NCBI GenBank assembly: GCA_965205655.1
Contig: CBDBIJ010000077.1
Span: 1 to 27,714, forward strand
Reading direction: 5' to 3'
From: Candidatus Latescibacterota bacterium
GTDB lineage: Bacteria; Latescibacterota; UBA2968; UBA8231
Length of the DNA: 27,714 bases
Of this stretch, positions 26,209-27,714 are shown in pieces. A program made the translations under genes and the position numbers. Each line of letters opens with the position of its first letter. Positions within the stretch are counted from its first letter, which is position 1. Under the pieces are notes generated by a model. The model was not told the origin of the DNA, ran no database searches, and saw only the letters and a list, made by a program, of their open reading frames with translations.

Positions 26209-26650
26209 TTTTGCACTTGCGCAGCCGGTAGAGCTCTCGAGTGAGATCGACGGCCTCGCCACCGGCCAGGCCGGTGATGCAGGCGGGCCCCCCGCCCAGG
26301 TCCGCCCCCATGCTGGCGCCTGAAGGAACGGCGGCCCGAAGCTTTGCCGCCACTTCCTCGAACTGTGAGCTGTGCATGGTAGCGAAATAGGAGTTGTCGT
26401 AGGTGACGATCTCGTCAACAGCGGTCACCTCATCACCCACCTCCGAGCCCACGAGCGTCGTGCGGCCCTTCGCGTCGATGAAACAGGCAGCGACCGAGTG
26501 CAGGCGGTGATGCAGAAAACCAGTGAGGTATTACACATGTTCACGCCTGGCGATGACGGCGCCGTCGAGCCCCTTCGCCGCGAGGATCTCCACCAGCCGT
26601 TGCTGGCGCGATCGACAGCCGTCTACCGAGAGTTTCACTCCTCTTCCTCC

Positions 26651-27714
26651 TTATGAATGTCGCTTGAGTCGCTCGTCTGCCTGTAGCTGATCGACGATCT
26701 CTCTGGCCCGCTGCGCTTGATCCTTGCGACACACGAGCAGCGCGTCTTTCGTATCGACGACCACCAGGTCCTCGACGCCGACGAGGGCGATGAGTTTTTC
26801 AGGCGGGCCGTACGCAGTGACCCCTCTGGCGTCGAGGGCGATCACCTTTCCTCTGAAGAGATTCCCGTCGGCGTCGGTCTCCAGCACGTCGGTGAGCGCC
26901 GCCCAGCTGCCGATGTCGCCCCAGTCCAGCACCCCCTCGAGGGTAGCGACCTGCTGCGCCGGCTCCAATATGGCGTGGTCCACCGAGATCGACGGGAGCA
27001 ACGGGTACTCGTGCTCGATCGCAGACCGCACCTCGTCACCATTCGCCGCCGCATCTGCGATTCGACGGAGCGCTGCATGGATGTCCGGCTGAAAGCGTTC
27101 GAACAGAGCCAGGACGGTCTGCGCCTTCCACACGAACATATTCGTGTTCCACAGATAGTCCCCGCTGGCAACGTAACGTTCGGCCACATCCGGTGCCGGC
27201 TTCTCGGTGAATTCCCGGGCGACGAAGACGGACTGCCCGTCCGCTTCGCACAGCACCTCCCCCTTGTGGATGTAACCGTATCCCGTTTCCGCTCGGCTCG
27301 GCGTGACACCGATAGTGAACAAGTAGTCTGGCTGCAGGTCCGCCGCCTTCTCCGCCGCCGTCAGCAGCTGGCAGAATTCATCCGGCTTGCCGATGTAGTG
27401 GTCCGAACCGAGGCTGGCGACGGTGCAGCCAGGAGACGCGGCTTCGAGCAGGGCGCATTCCAGGCCTACGGCCGGTCCGGTGTTGCGCAGCGCCGGCTCG
27501 ATGATGAGGTGATCCTGCGGCAGGTTCGGGAGCTGCTCTTTCACGAGGCCCGCCAGTTCGGCGCCGGTTGAGACGTAGATGTCCTCGGATGCCGCCACCG
27601 GCGCGATTCTCTCGACCGCATCCTGGATCATCGTCTGGCTGCCGGCCATCGAGTGGAACTGCTTTGGCCGTCCGGCGCGGCTGTAGGGCCACAGCCGCGT
27701 GCCGATGCCGCCGG
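26651..27714 (-). CDS. Mannose-1-phosphate guanylyltransferase (5' end outside window)
   Basis: The frame extends upstream to AGGIGTRLWPYSRAGRPKQF. Also EPALRNTGPA, SDH, ETGYGYI, FTEKP and WGDIGSW. Confidence 0.92.
   Translation of the reverse strand, partial: GGIGTRLWPYSRAGRPKQFHSMAGSQTMIQDAVERIAPVAASEDIYVSTGAELAGLVKEQLPNLPQDHLIIEPALRNTGPAVGLECALLEAASPGCTVASLGSDHYIGKPDEFCQLLTAAEKAADLQPDYLFTIGVTPSRAETGYGYIHKGEVLCEADGQSVFVAREFTEKPAPDVAERYVASGDYLWNTNMFVWKAQTVLALFERFQPDIHAALRRIADAAANGDEVRSAIEHEYPLLPSISVDHAILEPAQQVATLEGVLDWGDIGSWAALTDVLETDADGNLFRGKVIALDARGVTAYGPPEKLIALVGVEDLVVVDTKDALLVCRKDQAQRAREIVDQLQADERLKRHS

Larger units (their letters stand above)
24109..26638 (-). pseudogene. M24 (Xaa-Pro aminopeptidase-like) peptidase interrupted by IS256 copy 2 and a nonsense codon
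   Basis: The N part from GTG 26638 reads ...RREHV*YLTGF...LYRLRKCK. The C part reads CKHADEVEAIR...YYADNCRT...HHLGHGIGL..HE.P...MEPGLY...GIRLEEN. Removing the IS restores RKCKHADE. TAA at 26531-26533. Confidence 0.9.

Noticed and set aside
26531..26533. Stop-codon recoding in the peptidase
   Set aside because: The codon is TAA, which terminates other genes here, and the gene is already IS-disrupted.

Overview
GC-rich bacterial chromosomal segment. PorV, a T9SS/FlgD-type C-terminal domain and tatA-gatA synteny suggest an FCB-group organism, possibly Latescibacterota-like (inference). It opens with a partial IS630 element abutting a + strand run: truA, HtrA protease, psd, pssA, small membrane protein, tatA, gatA and a PorV-like barrel. 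Next come pcm and a ~1480-aa secreted protein with four lamin-tail-domain repeats, then a minus-strand trio (radC with a sigma54-like promoter, DUF151 nuclease, secreted Ni-SOD) and lnt-tatC. After these is an uncharacterised three-gene envelope cluster in which two proteins share a FlgT-C-like domain, followed by an aspartate-dehydrogenase-like gene resembling animal ASPDH paired with a PLP aminotransferase. The window ends with two inverted near-identical IS256 copies (one interrupting an M24 peptidase pseudogene) and a partial mannose-1-phosphate guanylyltransferase. Seven single-base frameshifts, mostly in short homopolymers, look like long-read consensus errors. All family calls come from motif recognition, not database searches.
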